This document shows positions 1 through 12,664 of a stretch of 49,714 nt of DNA, in pieces (positions within the stretch are counted from its first letter, which is position 1; the number at the start of each line of letters is the position of its first letter). The DNA is from Diploschistes diacapsis (lineage: Eukaryota), in assembly GCA_023645945.1 (NCBI GenBank), contig JALAIB010000016.1, forward strand, positions 1 through 49,714, in the 5' to 3' direction. The notes under the pieces are model-generated. The model worked only from the letters and a program-made list of their open reading frames with translations, was not told the origin of the DNA and did no database searches. Made by a program: the position numbers and the translations under genes.

Positions 1-1674
1 AAGGTGGGGGTCTCGGGAGCGGGGAGGAACGCATGTGGTGTCCGGGTGGTAGGCGAGTCGCCGGGCCAGGTTGGCGTGGACAGTTCGGCTGGGATGCAGC
101 CTTTGTCGTCTTTGATGGTGAGGTCGGAGACTTCGCGTTTGCGTGATCTGGTGCGCTGCATGGTGCTTGGGGGCTGCTTAGAGGGCGGAGATGGGCTTTG
201 AGAATCTGGTGGTGAGGGTGGGAGAGGCGATGTCGGGTTGTGGAAGGACTGGAAAGAGTCCGACGAGTCCACACTAGAGGCATTGCTAACTGTCTCTGGA
301 TCATCAAGACTGTTCTTTGTGGTATGGTCTGTTGGTCTGCGATTTTGATTCAGAATTAGCGGAGCAGTTATGGACCTTAGTGAGGTAGGTAGCTGGGGGT
401 CAGTTGGTGTTATCGTATCTGCGAAATCATCTAGCCAAATGAATTGCTCTTTTTCCTGCTTGTGAAGCGTGGAGGGACTCGTGGTGGAGCTAAGATCGGG
501 AGACGAGGCTTTAGTTTCGTCACTAGAATGAGTCTTCGTCTGTTGATCAAAGGGCTCGGTTGTTCGACCTGGCTGAGCGAGCGTGACTTCCCTCTCTTCA
601 TCTGCGGGCTTTTTGGCTGTCTCTTCAGCCTGTGAAAGCAATGTTGCTACAGAAGACTCTTGCATGTCAGGCATTCGACTTTCTGCAGGCTTAGACAGAA
701 AGTCTTCCCGTGAGGCAACATCCACGGGCTGGACATCATCGTCGATGATTTTGTTGCTGCGAAGGTCTTCGAAGGTTGCTACAAGCTGCCCAACCTTCTC
801 CGGCTCTTTATCGGTTGTTGAGCGATAGCTAGTCGTAGGTTCAGGGAGGACTTCTTCGTGGGTGCTTGATATACGCGTCGCTAATACGTTTTCACCTTTA
901 TATTCCGGTTCAGCTAAAGCCTGGTTGGGCGAGTTCGAGCGCTCCACATCCGGATCTGTTGCTGTCTTGCCATCAGGGGAAAAAGGAGTCGGCGAGCTCG
1001 GTAGGTGCTTTGGCTTCCATGGTCGCTTTGGGGTTTGAGGCCTTTCTGGCAGTTCAACGGAGAACCCTCTTTGAAAGGGACAGGCCGTCTTTTCGTACTG
1101 CGCTATTCTATCAAGGACTGATTCGAACTCCTCCGCAATCACTTTATCCTCGGGACTTTCATTTGGTAGCTCGATTCGGTAGTAATTATTGCTCCTTATG
1201 CGAAGAACAAAGATAGTTTCGCCGTCGACACACCAGCATTGCGACTTTGGCAAGATTGGATGAACGGTCTTGAGGTTGCCATAGTTGAGAAACGTAACAC
1301 TGTTAGGGACCTTGTAAATTCGAATGAGACCTATGGCAAATATGAGTTATTGGGCGCGGGAAGGAGAAATATGAATGCTAACCTGCCGCTACTGTCCTCT
1401 CCGTTTGCGAACGCCACGGTAATGCTCCGACAGGTTCATTTTGACGAGTTGTGCTGGCGACCGAAGCGGACCTTGATCTTTCGCCGCCCAGTGATGTAGT
1501 GAAGGAAACAATCTTCCCTCTGTGATGGATAAACAACGTTTCGACGCCGGCACCTTCCGGCGACTTGGGCGTAACCGGAGACTTTGGGGAGCGACTGAGT
1601 TTAGGAGGCAACGTAAAGGATCGCTGGATGCTAGGGTGGTGCGCCGGCGTTGACGGAGCAGTAGAGGTAGCCAT
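1..1674 (-). CDS. INP1: Inheritance of peroxisomes protein 1 (Inp1)-like, 3' end runs off the window
   Basis: Exon 1 (1674-1383) ETLFIHHRGKIVSF...LPWRSQTERTVAAG. Intron 1382-1331 (GTTAGC...TAG). Exon 2 reads LIRIYKVPNSVTFLNYGNLKTVHPILPKSQCWCVDGETIFVLRIRSNNYYRIELP...QYEKTACPFQRGF, typical of fungal Inp1, then a low-complexity Ser/Pro tail. Confidence 0.8.
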
Positions 1675-2125
1675 GGCCACAGGCTCACCTTAGCATGGCT
1701 GGATCGGGGGGCAGCACGTTTATTGAAGCGACTAGCTAACTAGCTTGAATTAGCCATCTTGCTCTGGGCCCATTGCGCCGAATGTTTTATATGCATCTGC
1801 AAGGGAGTTGGCTGGTAGCGGAGTAGTAATAAGGTACAGCGCTTCACATAGGAAAGGCTGGTGATACTGCCCAGCCTGCCGCGAGTATATAATGCGGCAT
1901 AGGATTGATGATGCTTACTGCAACGACCGAGTCAGTAGAACTCTACTTCTACCTCTCTACTGAATCGCTAAACTTCGTCTATCCCAGGAACCAGGACAAT
2001 AAATACATGTACGTTGTATAGTGCTGAATGTATAATTACCTTATGTGAGGAACGATTCTGATAACTGCCCAGGATCAATACACGTCTTGTGGGCTGCCAG
2101 ACCTGAAGTATAGCATCTGGGAAGG

Positions 2126-3512
2126 ATGGCATCGGAAACAGATATAAAAGGTCTAGTCCACGAGACTCGCAAATCACTTGCCGAATCGTCAGCAAATTTT
2201 GATGTGAATGCTATCCTGAGAGGTGCTCAGTTGACGATTGTTGGAGGTTCGAAGCAATCTACTTCTAACGGTCAAAAGGTTTACTGACAATACGCTAGCT
2301 TTACGAGCTCTTCAGAACCCTGGCATCTTCCAATATGAGCACTATCGTCAAGCTGCTCTCGCCGTTTGTGCCGGTATCGCCTTGAGACTTATTATCGCGG
2401 CTCCTGTATGCCTGAGCCTCCCGTTTCGCTCTTTTTCTCATTGGATTGTGGAGCTTATTTCGTGATTAGATCCTCTTACTCAAAGCCACAATCTGGTGTT
2501 TATCATTCCTCATTAACACTAAAACCGCGACATGGGATGACAAGCTCGTGGATGGGCTGGAATTTATTGCCAATCATGTTCTTCAACTGCCATTCTTCGT
2601 CATGAGCCTTATGAGCCATATTACTCCCACATTGGATAACGTGTACGATCCTCCATTCAATCTTTGGTAGTCAAGTGCTAAGCAAATTCGATAGGTTCAT
2701 GGATTCATTAGCCTGGGTGGATCGGACCTATGTTCTGAAGCACAAGTCGGACGATCCTACGAATCTTCGTGCCATGTACTATCCAAACCTACGCATGTAT
2801 TCCACGCATGGACAATCGGGTGGAAGGAAACCCGTTCTGGAAGCAGCGCTTGCATTTTTCCTACGCTTCGGACGTAGGGCCGCCATTTCACTAGGCGTTT
2901 ATGCTTGCTCCTTTTTGCCAGTAGTGGGGAGGTTTGTTTTGCCAGCATCTAGCTTCTATACGTTCAATGAGGCGGTTGGACCCGTCCCCGCTACGATCAT
3001 CTTCGCCATTGGTGTCCTGCTTCCCCGGCGTTATCTCGTCATATTCCTTCAAAGTTATTTTGCGTCAAGAAGTCTTATGAGACAATTAGTGAGCAAGCCT
3101 ATCTTTTGCCCTGCAGCGTTGCTGACACTGCGACAAGCTTCAGCCTTACTTTGCACGGATACGCTTCAACTCAGACCAGAAAAAAAAGTTTTTTCGGGAT
3201 CGCGAGGGCGTCCTTTTCGGGTTTGCAATTGGGTTCTACACGTTTCTCAAAATTCCCTTGTTCGGGGTCTTGATCTACGGCGTTGCGGAAGCGTCAACAG
3301 CGTATCTGATCACGAAAATAACTGATCCTCCACCACCGCCGACAGCTGGTGCGCAGTATGTCCAGAGTCAAGTACAGTGGAGGAACAAGCACGAATTTCT
3401 AAGGCTACCACTCGATAGCCTCGACAGCTATAATGTAGCTGGGGCCGACAGGAATTCTGATTCAAGACTTGTGGAACAGCAGCAGCCGCTCGAAGGGAAG
3501 AAGTATTCCTGA
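2126..3512 (+). CDS. usgS: Transmembrane protein UsgS (4 introns)
   Basis: Spliced reading MASETDIKG...NFDVNAILRGAQLTIVG|ALRALQNPGIFQYEHYRQAALAVCAG...FMDSLAWVDRTYVLKHKSDDP...FGVLIYGVAEASTAYLITKITDPPPP. Lies directly upstream of fmdS, as usgS does in A. nidulans. Confidence 0.85.
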
Positions 3513-4116
3513 TCCTGGTACCATTGATGCTCGTCAACGAGAAGATGTGTGGCTGAAGGCAGCTATGCAGTGACGCAACTGGATTGAGCAGCAATATATC
3601 TCGGTTTTCTCCAAGTGGTTGAGTATGATGACTCGGAGCCAAGAGGGGCCGTTCTGTGCACGAGAAGGAGTTTCAACGAAGGGCTGTGGCAGTTGCGTTC
3701 GTTGAAGAAATGCGACGTCTAAATGCCTTTGAATCAATCAAATTGTATTCTATTTTCATGCCTTCACTTCATTCCTAACTGCAGGGGTGGGTGCGGGGCT
3801 TTGGGCAATGGTTATCATCAGACGTTTATTACTACCCCACATACTACAAGATGGAGTACTCGAAGGAGTTTGATGGCACTGCTTGCCTTCCGTCTCTGGA
3901 TAGTCTTATCGCATGCCTGCCTCTAAACAGCCACGAGGCGTTTACCTTGAACTCCCCGCAATACCGGATGTCGACGTCAGAGACAGGCTATCAGATCTTT
4001 GTATCGCAGAGCCCCCAGCAATGGTGTCTCGGTCAGCTCGCAATTCACGAGGAACTCATAAGAGAAATCGCATCATCTTGCTCTGAAACACGTTTGTTGT
4101 GTCAGCCGCCTCGACA

Positions 4117-5760
4117 ATGGGTCTTCATGAGATTCGCACAGTATGCAAAGTAGATCTGGCAAAACCAGCTGATCAGCAGTCGTACCTTCATGTGAGGATT
4201 CAGGACCGTAATAAGGCAATGGCACTAACAGATACTTCTAGAATAGATGGCATCCAGAGGGTAAGCTGCGAATACCGAATCCTTTGACGTGGTATCTGAT
4301 ATAGTCTCAGTACCATTTGCCGGGACGATCAAGAATGATGAGGTGGTGAAGATTGAATGCATTGATTGGACCGGTACGGTCCACCACTCCTTTACACTAT
4401 GCCCACTAAACACTTTCTTAGGTGGGCAAATCAAAAACAACGATAGCGCGGACGACGTCAAGAACGTAGATCTGACAAAGGTCCATTACCTATCCGGGCC
4501 GTTCGAGATTGAGACGGCCGAGCCAGGCGACGTGCTTCTGCTCGAGATCCAGGATATCCAGCCGATGCAGGAGCAGCCGTGGGGCTTTACTGGTGTCTTT
4601 GACAAAGATAATGGCGGTGGTTTCCTTGATGAGATGTACCCTAAAGCGTAGGTCTATGCCCTTCTATCATGCTTCCATAGGTTCATCTGGGACTTATAGG
4701 GCGAAAGCCATCTGGGATTTCGAGGGTATCTTTTGCTCCTCCCGGCATGTAGGTAGACAAAATCTTACAAATGGTGAGGCTGGCTGACCAAACAGATTCC
4801 GGGAGTCCGCTTTCCCGGCCTGATCCATCCCGGCATCCTGGGTTGCGCTCCTTCTGCTAAGATCCTGCAAACCTGGAATGAGCGCGAAGCGAACCTCATC
4901 AATACAACCTCACTGAAGCGCACCGTCGCCCAGCCCCCAGAACCGCAAAATGCACATGCCGGGAGCGCTCCAGAGGATGTCAAGGCTAAAGTGGGAAAAG
5001 AAGGCGCACGCACAATCCCCGGACGCCCCGAGCATGGAGGAAATTGTGACATTAAGAATCTGAGCAGAGGCAGCAAGGTCTACCTCCCCGTCCACGTCAA
5101 GGGCGCTAAGTTCAGTGTCGGCGATCTGCACTTTTCACAAGGTGACGGAGAAATTTCGGTACACGCACACTTAGACCAGCAGTATTTGGGCTAACACTCA
5201 TCAGTTCTGTGGCGCAATAGAGATGGCGGGTGTCATCACGATGAAGTTCACGGTGATGAAGAATGGGATGAAGGATCTGGGCATGGTGTCCCCAATGTTT
5301 CTGCCTGGGCCGGTGGAACCGCACTATGGCCCTGGAAGATACTTGACCTTTGAGGGCTTCAGCGTCGACGAGCATGGACAACAGCACTATTTAGATGCTA
5401 CGGTTGCGTATAGGCAGGCTTGTTTGAGGGTCATTGAGTATTTGAGGCGATTTGGTGAGCTACCCGGTTTATCGAGCTTGCTGCAAATCTCCACCGATCA
5501 GTGGTCGGCTAATCCTAGTCTAGGATATGACGACTACCAAATATATTTGATGTTGTCGTGTGCACCTATCCAGGGGCATGTTGGGGGTCTTGTGGATTTA
5601 AGTCCTTCTCTGTATGGTTTACAAACGACCACTAAGATTCTACTAGATTCCTAACGCTTGCATGACGCTGGGCCTACCGATGGACATCTTTGACTTCGAT
5701 ATCTCCCCTGTAGGTCCGGCGCAGAAGAAGAATATGGGCTCTTGCGCTTTTGCCAGTTAG
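4117..5760 (+). CDS. fmdS: Formamidase (FmdA/AmdA family), 8 introns; last intron has a non-canonical donor
   Basis: MGLHEIRTVCKVDL..LH|NRWHPE|VPFAGTIK..CIDWTG|GQIKNNDSADDVKNVDLTKVHYLSGP..RTIPGRPEHGGNCDIKNLSRGSKVYLPV..VGDLHFSQGDGEIS|FCGAIEMAG..GHVGGLVD|IPNACMTLGLPMDIFDFDI, stop TAG at 5758-5760. Confidence 0.93.
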
Positions 5761-5967
5761 TGAACCGGCTGGTACTGCGAAGAAGAGCAGTTGCAGGCAT
5801 GCTTCTTTGGCTTAGTCTTCTACATAATGTTGTTTCATATATTCTCAAGCTTCTAGGAATTGTTTTCCAGAGGTTGTATGGGGCTGTATACTTGAACAAT
5901 GTCTATTTCCAAAAGCCTTTCTGGTACGTGACCTTATCAACGATCGTTCTCTCCAATCCGCTACCCT

Positions 5968-8448
5968 CTAATGACTAATATATTGGAAAACCGCACTCAC
6001 GTCTTTTTCCTCGGTCTCCTGCCTCAAGAGCAGGTCCTGAATTTCCTTGAACGGCCCCTTTGGCCCCTCGTTTACAAAGTGATTCCAAGAACTCGTATCT
6101 CCATACAGCATTGCCGGCGCCTTGATGAACTGCCTCGACTCCTTGCACCGCTTGCATTTGAACGTATCATGCGTGTCACTTGTCGTATCGGGTTTGAACT
6201 GGAAGAGCTCCCTGAGAGAGTCGAGCGTGAAGTGCCGCTCTACATCCTCGACTGAATCGACGACACAGGACGAGAGGGATTGCTTATGCGATTGTCGCTG
6301 GAAAATTTTTTCCTCTATCGAACCCGTGCAGATGAATCGGTAAACGAAACAGTCCTTCTTCTGGCCATCGCGCCACACCCGGGCAAGGGCCTGCTGATCT
6401 GCCGCTGGGTTCCAGTCCGGATCGAAGAGGACGAGTCGGTTCGCGCCGATCAGGTTCAGCCCGCACCCACCAGCTTTGGAGGAAAGTAGAAAGACAAACT
6501 CTTCACCGTTCGGGTCGTTGAACTTGTCAACAAGCTTCTGCCGCTTGTTGACGTTCATGGTGCCGTCGAGCCGGAGCACACCGTAGTTGCGCGACCGGCA
6601 GAGACGGTCGAACATGTCGAGAGTTTGGGTGTAGTTGCTGATCAGGACAATCTTGTCGTTCGTGTCGGCACGAATGCGGGCGAGCATGCGGTCGAGGACT
6701 TGCATCTTGCCTGAATACCAAGATCTTACGTCGCGGTCACGGCCACGAGCTTCTTTGGGAACATAGTCCTCTGGAAAGAAGGCTTCCGAGCCTGGGAGAT
6801 CAGATGTAAGATCTAGAAGATCCGGATGGTTGCAGAGCTTCTTCAACAACCCGATAGCCTTGAGGGGTTGCGAACCTTTTCCACGAAGGAGGCTTTTGAT
6901 TTCGGGCGATTTGAGGAAGTGGTTATACAAGTCCTTCTGGAAAGGGGCAAGGTTGCAAAACACCACGTGTTCGTACTTGACTGGCAAATACTTGGAAAGG
7001 ATGTCATTCGTTCGCCGAATGATGAACTTGTTGACGATACTGAGTAGCTCAGAAAGTCGTTCGTTCCCTTTCTGTTGGTCGACATCTGTCCCAGCGGCGT
7101 CCCGGCCTTTGAGGATGGGAAGTTCGTATTTCTTGCGAAACTCCATCCTGGTTCCAAGGAGATTTGGATTGGCGAAGTCTAGCAATGAGAAATATTCCGA
7201 CAGATCGTTCTGAATGGGTGTTCCCGATAGGATGACTCGGCGCCTTACGTTCAGTCCGTTAATGGCAGTGTATGTCAGACTTTCGAGGTTCTTGAGGCGA
7301 TGGCCTTCATCGCAAAGTAGCAATCCAATTGGAGTATCTCCAAACTCTTCCACATAGAGCCGCAAAGTCTCATACGAGACGATCAATACGGGGCGAACAA
7401 CGGCACGGCCGCTTGCGATACACCATTGCTTGATCTGTGAAATGAGCTCAGCCTTGGTGCCTTTACCATCGATCGCAAACGGCGTGACAGCATCCTTTCC
7501 AAGCCATTTAACAAGCTCATTTGCCCAGTTCTTGACCAGACTCGATGGGCAAGCGATCACACACTTCTGAATTGTACACTTGCCCGCGTCCGACGACTGT
7601 TTCAACAAGGTCCACATCAGCGTTATGCACTGAAGTGTCTTCCCAAGACCCATCTCATCCGCCATGATGCAGCCATGAGCTTTCTCGTCGATTAGACCGG
7701 TGACACACTTGTAAAGGAACTTCACACCCTCTACTTGATGGGGCCTTAATACCTTGGCAAGACGAGGATCGATAACCACCGGAACTTTGGGATGCTCGTT
7801 GTCGACTTGCTTCTTTATACCTAGAATTTCCGCCAGGCTCTTGTGCATAAGAGACACTTCCACTTTAGGCTTGCCCTCCTCACCGTGCTCATCCTTCTTC
7901 TCCAGCAAAGTAGGCTTTCCGTCTATCGTTGGGTCAAACAATACAATAGCAAACTCTCCACTGGGATCATGCAGAGGCTTCGCAACAAATCCAGCGCCTT
8001 GCCGCATTCCCAGGGTCGGTGCGGGCCTTGAGGGGTTGTAGCTCGTAGGATCTTTATTGGTCAACGGTATGCAGAATCGCTGGCGAAACATGGTCTCTTT
8101 GTCCTTGACCTTGAATATCGGGAACCTGTTGGCATCACGATTCGCGAGTGCCAGCCGCTCTTCGTTAGTCCATGGTTTGTCGCCATCTTCAGTCGAATTA
8201 TCAGCACCGGCATAGTTGATTTTTCGTCGCTTACGAGCATGTCCTTCTCGTTTGCTGGAGCTCGCAGACCCTGGACACTTGAAAGGTTGAGCTAATCGAT
8301 CCGTAGATTGCGAACCTGGGGCGTACAAGCGTATTGGCTTCTGGGCGGAAGTGGTATTCTCCTTTTCCGAAGCTTTTCGTAGAGGCTTTGGCCTATGCCT
8401 GCAAAGTAAATTAGCTACAAAAGTTTCAGCATACGGGGTCATATACAT
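5968..8448 (-). CDS. RAD54: DNA repair/recombination SWI2/SNF2 ATPase Rad54
   Basis: Rad54_N motif (RPAPTLGMRQGAGFVAKPLHDPSGEFAIVLFDP), motif I GCIMADEMGLGKT, CDEGH, ILSGTPIQNDLSEYF, FLLSSKAGGCGLNLIGANRLVLFDPDWNPAADQQALARVWRDGQ, C-terminal VFQYISH. Start probably at 8448 rather than 8550. Confidence 0.96.
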   Translation of the reverse strand: MYMTPYAETFVANLLCRHRPKPLRKASEKENTTSAQKPIRLYAPGSQSTDRLAQPFKCPGSASSSKREGHARKRRKINYAGADNSTEDGDKPWTNEERLALANRDANRFPIFKVKDKETMFRQRFCIPLTNKDPTSYNPSRPAPTLGMRQGAGFVAKPLHDPSGEFAIVLFDPTIDGKPTLLEKKDEHGEEGKPKVEVSLMHKSLAEILGIKKQVDNEHPKVPVVIDPRLAKVLRPHQVEGVKFLYKCVTGLIDEKAHGCIMADEMGLGKTLQCITLMWTLLKQSSDAGKCTIQKCVIACPSSLVKNWANELVKWLGKDAVTPFAIDGKGTKAELISQIKQWCIASGRAVVRPVLIVSYETLRLYVEEFGDTPIGLLLCDEGHRLKNLESLTYTAINGLNVRRRVILSGTPIQNDLSEYFSLLDFANPNLLGTRMEFRKKYELPILKGRDAAGTDVDQQKGNERLSELLSIVNKFIIRRTNDILSKYLPVKYEHVVFCNLAPFQKDLYNHFLKSPEIKSLLRGKGSQPLKAIGLLKKLCNHPDLLDLTSDLPGSEAFFPEDYVPKEARGRDRDVRSWYSGKMQVLDRMLARIRADTNDKIVLISNYTQTLDMFDRLCRSRNYGVLRLDGTMNVNKRQKLVDKFNDPNGEEFVFLLSSKAGGCGLNLIGANRLVLFDPDWNPAADQQALARVWRDGQKKDCFVYRFICTGSIEEKIFQRQSHKQSLSSCVVDSVEDVERHFTLDSLRELFQFKPDTTSDTHDTFKCKRCKESRQFIKAPAMLYGDTSSWNHFVNEGPKGPFKEIQDLLLRQETEEKDVSAVFQYISH

Positions 8449-8532
8449 GTTTGATGTAAGGTGAAAGGGGGATGTAGTGTGTGGATTTGCCACAAACGCC
8501 GCAATGTAAAAGGAAGCGCGTTCGAGGGCGGA

Positions 8533-8558
8533 ACGCGAAAGTCTCTTCAAGTCACGTG
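8533..8558. promoter_or_regulatory. MCB/SCB-like ACGCGAAA and E-box GTCACGTG in the ~230-bp divergent RAD54/desaturase promoter
   Basis: Motifs seen directly at 8533-8540 and 8551-8558. ACGCG cores are typical upstream of fungal G1/S and DNA-repair genes; function here is inferred. Confidence 0.4.
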
Positions 8559-8679
8559 GAACGCTGTTTGTACCTCGACCAAGCGTTTGAGCAGAATTTG
8601 GCCCACATCACTACTAGGTACTCACTACCGTGTGCCCAACCCAACCACCGCAATTGACTGGCCAGTCTCTTTCCTGGTC

Positions 8680-10427
8680 ATGACGCAAAAGTGTCTTATC
8701 CCCAATGCGAAGGATGAGTTGCTCTCGAGAGGGACGATCGAGGGACTTATCGCTCAGGGTAAGAAGATTATAGTCGTGGACAAGAAAGTGTTGAAAGTGG
8801 ATGCATGGCTACCTTATCACCCTGGAGGTGACAAGACTATTCTGCACATGGTTGGGAAAGATGCTACAGATGAAGTTAATGCGTACGACGTCGTTGTTGA
8901 ATGGGCGCTGTAGGATGCTTCTGATAATCGTATAGATTACATTCTCCAGAGGCCAAGGAGAGTATGAATGCATACCAGATTGGGAGGATACAAGGTGCTT
9001 GGAGGAACTTCAAACCGCCAATACAGAACGGTCACTTCAGGCTGCCGGAGGAGCAGGAAGCGCTACCAGAAAGGAAAGATGAGGATGGAATGTCGGCTAG
9101 CGATATGAGTTCACGCTCCGCAACCCCACTTTTCGATCGAGAAGAAGAGGTGGGCTTAAGAGACAGGAGCGCCAAGGGCAGTCGGGGAGATGTGACGCCT
9201 CTATCTTCAGTATCATCCGAAGGAATCTCAAGCGCATTAGGCAGCACTAACTTATGGACGTTTGATGCCGTCACCCAAAAGGAAATTGACTTCGACCTAG
9301 CCAAATATCCGTCCCTCGATCAAGACACGCAAGGACGCATTATCGAACGATACCGTGAGTTGAATCAAAGAATCAAGAACGAAGGACTTTACAAATGCAA
9401 TTACTGGGCTTACGGCATTGAAGCTCTCCGCTACTCCCTCCTCTTCGCTCTCTGCATGTTCTTCCTTCATATTGGCTGGTACGGCACAAGTGGTGCATTT
9501 CTGGGTATGTTCTGGCATCAGCTCGTCTTTCTCGCTCATGACGCTGGCCATATGGGCATTACACACGACTTCCAAACAGATACGGTTATCGGCATTATTG
9601 TGGCCGACTTTATCGGTGGTCTGAGCCTGGGGTGGTGGAAGCGCAGCCACAACGTGCACCACATTGTGACCAACTCGCCCGAACACGACCCGGACATCGA
9701 GCACATGCCCTTCTTTGCCATCTCACACCGCTTCTTCGACTCCCTTTACAGTACCTACCACGATCGCATCATGGCTTTTGATTTTGTCGCCAAACGCACC
9801 GTCCGTATACAGCACTATCTCTACTACCCCCTTCTCCTCTTTGGCCGCTTCAACCTTTACGTCCAGAGCTGGATCTTTCTGATCTTTGGGCTGGGCCCCA
9901 GGAAAGGGCAAGCGTGGTGGCACCGCTGGTTTGAGTTCGCTGGAAATGCCTTTTTCTGGCTCTGGTTCGGCTACGGCATCATGTACAAGACCATCCCCAC
10001 CGCCTCGGGCCGCTGGGCGTTTCTGATGGTGAGCCACATGGTGACGGCGTTGCTGCACGTGCAGATTACGCTGAGCCACTTTGCGATGAGCACGGCGGAC
10101 CTAGGCGTCAGCGAGTCGTTTCCGCAGCGCATGCTGCGAACCACCATGGACGTCGCGTGTCCGCAGTGGCTCGACTTCTTTCACGGCGGCCTCCAATTTC
10201 AGGCCATTCACCACCTTTTCCCCCGCATTCCACGGCATAATCTCCGGCAGGCACAGAAGCTTGTGCAGGGGTTCTGTAAGGAAGTTGGGATACCCTACGC
10301 GCTCTACGGCTTCGTAGACGGGAACAAGGAGGTACTCGGGAGGCTCGGCGAGGTTGGACGGCAAGCCACGATACTGGCGAAATGCCAGCAGTCGTTGGCT
10401 GAGAAGCCGGACTTCGGTTTGCACTGA
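8680..10427 (+). CDS. SLD1: Delta-8 sphingolipid desaturase (cytochrome b5 fusion)
   Basis: Cyt-b5 HPGG motif (WLPYHPGGDKTILHMVGKDATDEV), intron 8883-8935, and His boxes HDAGH, HNVHH and QAIHH. Confidence 0.9.
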
Positions 10428-10663
10428 AGTTCCACGTTTTTGATTTTAGCGTCACAGAGAAGACGAAACAGATTTCATGTCCTGCAATTGAGATCATGGT
10501 GTACACAATTTTTTGTTTTTGCTTCTACGTACAAATTGAGTGCGACATGCCTTTCCTTACTCCCTTTGTGCGCTCGATGAATGCAGGTCAATGAGTACCA
10601 CCGCCAAGAACGTTCCTAATATACAAGCATGCTATTCAAACCGCTTCTCAGATCACGCACGCT

Positions 10664-12412
10664 CTAGTAGTGGATCGCCTTGGAGTATGTCGCCATAGCC
10701 GCCTCCTTGAACGCCTCCGCCAGTGTCGGGTGCGCGTGGCACGTCCTGGCCACGTCCTCCGTCGAAGCCCCGTACTCCAGCGCCAAAGTCCCCTCAGCAA
10801 TCATCTCTCCCGCGTTCGGCCCGATGATGTGAACGCCCAGTATCCGATCTGTCTCCGCATCTGAAAGGAACTTGACAAAACCCTCCGTCTCGAGGTTGGT
10901 CTTCGCCCGCGAGTTGGCCGAGAAAGGGAAGTTGCCGACCTTATACTTGACGCCCGATTTCTTGAGATCCTCCTCATTCTGCCCCACCCACGCAACTTCC
11001 GGGTGCGTGTACATGACAGCGGGAATGGCGTTGTAGTTGACATGCCCGAAGCCCTTGCGGATGTACTCGACAACGGCGACGCCCTCTTCTTCGGCTTTAT
11101 GCGCCAGCATGGGGCCGAAGGTACAGTCGCCAATAACCCGGATGTGGGGAACCTTGGTGCGATATTCTTGGTCGATGATGATGCGACCTTTGTCGTCAGT
11201 TTCCAGGCCAATGTTCTCGAGGCCAAGGCCTTTAGTGTAGGGTCTCCTGCCGATGGCAACAAGAACGACGTCTGCGTCCATCTGCTGAACTATTAGCCAT
11301 CCGTTTCTCGAAAAGGGGTGGGTACGGTCCATACCGTCTCCTTCTTGCCACCCTTTACTGACTCAACATCAACAGTCACGCCCTCCCCACTGGCATCGCC
11401 GCTCATTACTTTGGTGTTAAGCTTGAACTTCAAGCCTTGCTTCTGGAGAAACTTCTGTGTCTGCTTGGCGATCTCTACGTCCATACCTGGCCCGCCAATT
11501 AAGTCCAGGAACTCGACAACGGTAACGTCTGCGCCGAGCCGTGACCATACGGAAGCCTATGAAAATGTCAGCGAAGCTAGTCCGGATTGCCTTCCGATAC
11601 CAAGCTAACCATCTCCAAGCCAATGATCCCACCACCAATGACTACCATTTTTTTGGGTACTTCGTCCAGCGAAAGGGCGCCTGTGCTTGTAATGACCTTC
11701 TTTTCATCGATCTTGAGACCAGGGAATGGTGTTGCTTCGCTTCCAGTAGCGATTACTATGTTCTTGCCCCTCAATGTCCGCTCGCCGCCCTCGTTCAAGT
11801 CGACCTTGACCTCGTTCTCGTTCACGAATGTACCAGTGCCTTTCACATAGTCCACGTTGTTTTTCTTCAATAAGAACTCCACACCCTTTGTCAAGCCCTC
11901 CACAGACGTGGTCTTTGCAGACATCATCTGCTTGAGATTGAGTTTGAGGTCCCCAATCTCAATCCCTCGCTTCTTTATGTCGTGCTTGAGCATATGGTAT
12001 ATTTGTGAGTTGTATAGTAATGACTTCGACGGAATGCAGCCCACGTTGAGACATGTGCCGCCGAGAGCGCCGCGCTTTTCTATACACGCCACCTGTCGAA
12101 ACTCATTTAGCGATGAATAATGACCGGTAAAAGGCTGCAAACCTTCATCCCATCCTGACCCGCTTTTATGGCTCCCACGTATCCCGCAACGCCGCCACCA
12201 ATGATGATGAGATCATGTTCTTCTAGTTTAAATTAGTGTTTTTAGACATACCTAGGTCCAACACAGCAAGACATACGTGCTTCCGTAGCGTATCCTCTTC
12301 TTGACTTTTGTAGGCAGTAGAAGCTGGGGGTTATCGGTGGATGTAGCGCGGCGCCTCTCGACTGCTGTAAAGCTATCCTTGGGGCTGCGCGAGGGATTAC
12401 GGAGCGGAGCAT
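10664..12412 (-). CDS. LPD1: Mitochondrial dihydrolipoamide dehydrogenase (E3), 4 introns
   Basis: Presequence ending [25 protein letters not shown], redox disulfide [25 protein letters not shown]-terminal [15 protein letters not shown]. Confidence 0.96.
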
Positions 12413-12664
12413 AGTCGAAGATGATGGCATGGAGCACCAGAAGGTGAAGAGGAACGAGGGAACACTATGGCCGAGTAGAAAGTGAAGAATGAAGACTTGT
12501 GGTGGTTGCAACTTGCAGCGGCGAATACCTTTAGAAAAAAACCGCAACTACTGGAGCCCATCGGGCCGGAGAAAAGCTTGGCGAAGCGTCTGGTGTCACA
12601 CGTCGACTACGCCATGATTCTTCGCCACATCCAGTTCTCTGCTTCGAGATGATCTAAGAGCCAC

